From Acidobacteriota bacterium (GTDB lineage Bacteria > Acidobacteriota > Thermoanaerobaculia > Gp7-AA8): a stretch of 64,000 bases of DNA. Every line of letters starts with the position of its first letter. Within the stretch, counting starts at the first letter, position 1. Below the pieces are notes generated by a model. It did not search any database. It had not been told where the DNA came from and saw only the letters and a program-made list of their open reading frames with translations. The stretch covers positions 480,001 to 544,000 of the forward strand of contig JAFATB010000006.1 in assembly GCA_019244185.1 (NCBI GenBank), read 5' to 3'. Below, one piece after another: positions 62,656 through 64,000 of the stretch. The position numbers and the translations under genes were made by a program.

Positions 62656-64000
62656 CTAGTTGTCGGAGAAGTTCGCCCAGCCGCTGAGGATCCAGTTGTC
62701 GCCGGGTCCGACGGCGCCGAGGTAGTCGACCGCCTCGAAGAAACCGTTGTCCGGCGGATAGGCGACGTAGTCGGCGTCGAGCGCGGGCGAGTTCGGGAGC
62801 GGCGTGAGGTCCGGCATGTACGTCCTCACGCGCGTCGGCGTGCCCATCGCGAGCATCGGGTCGACGTTGCGGTTGTACTTGTTGACGTTGAAGATGAAGT
62901 TGCGCGAGTCGGGACCGTCCGTGCGGCCGGGGAACGCGGCGTCCGAGAAGTCGCCGAAGAGAATGGAGTTGTCGAAGATCAGCGTGCCGTTGTTGCCGTT
63001 GCTGATCGTGGCCGCGTCGCGGATGTTGACCGGCGCGAGCTTGGTGCCTTCGACGATGGCGTTGTAGTACGCGCCGGCCGTGTTGCGGCGCAGCACCGCG
63101 CCGTAGTTGCCGGTGGCGCTGGCGACGCGGACGCTGGTGACGTTGTAGACGTGCTGGTTCGACAGCGGCGTATTGGCGCTGCCGTTGGCGTCGTTGTCGG
63201 CCTCGGTCAGCGTGTTCGAATCCGCCTCGTCGTTCTCCGGACGCTTGATGAACGCGGCGAACTGCACGTGCGCCTGGTTGCCGTTGTCGAAGTCGAGCGC
63301 GTCGTCGGCGCAGGCGATGCCGAGGATGTGCTTCGCGTTGGCCGTGCCGCCGAACCACTCGACACAGTCGTCCTTGTTGTGCAGCACCTCGATGTAGTCG
63401 ATGACCGTGCCGCTGCCGACGCCGCCGAGGGTGAGGCCGTTGATCTCCTGGTTCGTGGCGATCTCGAAGCCGCCGAACTCGAGGCGCACGTAGCGCAGCA
63501 CCCCCGAGGAGTCCGTCGCGTTCGCACCGCCGTACGAATACTGCGGCTGGCTGGGAAGACCTTCGAGGAACGCCTGGCCGCCCGGCACGTTGATCGGCGC
63601 GTCGCCGAGGAGCACGAGCGAGCCCCAGTCCTTCTGCGCGCGCGAGCCGACCTTCTGCGCGGAGGTCATGATGATCGGACGCTTGGCGGTGCCTTCGGCC
63701 ATGATCTTCGCGCCGCGCTGGATGAAGAGCGTCGCGCGGCCGTCGCCGCCGTAGACGACCGTGCCCGGATCGATGGTGAGCACCGCCGGCGCGGCCACGC
63801 CGACGTAGTCGTGCAGCACGTAGCGCTTGTCCGCCGTCCAGTGCTGCGAGGCCGTGATCTGGCCGCTCACGTTGACGGTCTCGTTGACGTACGAGTACAT
63901 CGCATTCGAGCGCGAGAGCACGCGCTTGCCGGCCGCGTCGCGCAGCTCGAAGACGAACTGATAGAGGCCGGTCTGGCCGCTCGGCACCGCGATCGACGCG
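62656..64000 (-). CDS. Extracellular beta-helix-like protein, partial (5' end outside the window)
   Basis: WTADKRYVL, LTIDPGT, AEGT..PIIMTS, DWGSL, SGVLRYVRLEFGG, EINGLT, DDCVEWFGG. Frame stays open to 64000. Confidence 0.75.
   Translation of the reverse strand, partial: ASIAVPSGQTGLYQFVFELRDAAGKRVLSRSNAMYSYVNETVNVSGQITASQHWTADKRYVLHDYVGVAAPAVLTIDPGTVVYGGDGRATLFIQRGAKIMAEGTAKRPIIMTSAQKVGSRAQKDWGSLVLLGDAPINVPGGQAFLEGLPSQPQYSYGGANATDSSGVLRYVRLEFGGFEIATNQEINGLTLGGVGSGTVIDYIEVLHNKDDCVEWFGGTANAKHILGIACADDALDFDNGNQAHVQFAAFIKRPENDEADSNTLTEADNDANGSANTPLSNQHVYNVTSVRVASATGNYGAVLRRNTAGAYYNAIVEGTKLAPVNIRDAATISNGNNGTLIFDNSILFGDFSDAAFPGRTDGPDSRNFIFNVNKYNRNVDPMLAMGTPTRVRTYMPDLTPLPNSPALDADYVAYPPDNGFFEAVDYLGAVGPGDNWILSGWANFSDN

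Overview
A high-GC bacterial chromosomal segment, probably Acidobacteriota (Thermoanaerobaculia-like). This is inferred from protein styles and gene context, not from a search. Most of it is housekeeping: lexA, tsaD, valS, birA, coaX, ggt, rpiA, bioY, lon, nrdR, asnB, clpB, a split class I fumarase, aspA, thpR, rlmN, tRNA-Cys, and a full phosphate locus (porin, two pstS, pstCAB, phoU, phoB/R-like). One visibly more AT-rich island (~15.2-23.7 kb) holds a signal-peptide-bearing Rhs toxin with an unassigned C-terminal domain, a HEAT-like putative immunity gene, decayed orphan Rhs/immunity remnants and a divergent YfhO-like membrane protein. The best candidate for an undescribed system is a translationally coupled operon: DUF1844, a TPR/Zn-finger membrane protein, and a DUF4388 + MshEN (c-di-GMP motif) + TM + pseudopilin-like protein. 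Other candidates are heptamer-built hairpin elements that start at stop codons (one apparently encodes the GGT signal peptide), a candidate ECF-promoter sRNA with an anti-SD seed, and a DNA-glycosylase ORF whose frame runs through tRNA-Cys. Readable regulatory DNA includes an HspR-type HAIR box at clpB, 11-bp-phased boxes at lexA and the pst locus, and overlapping bidirectional -10 elements. No CRISPR array, rRNA, integrase or transposase was seen. All family calls come from motif recognition by eye; no database search was run.
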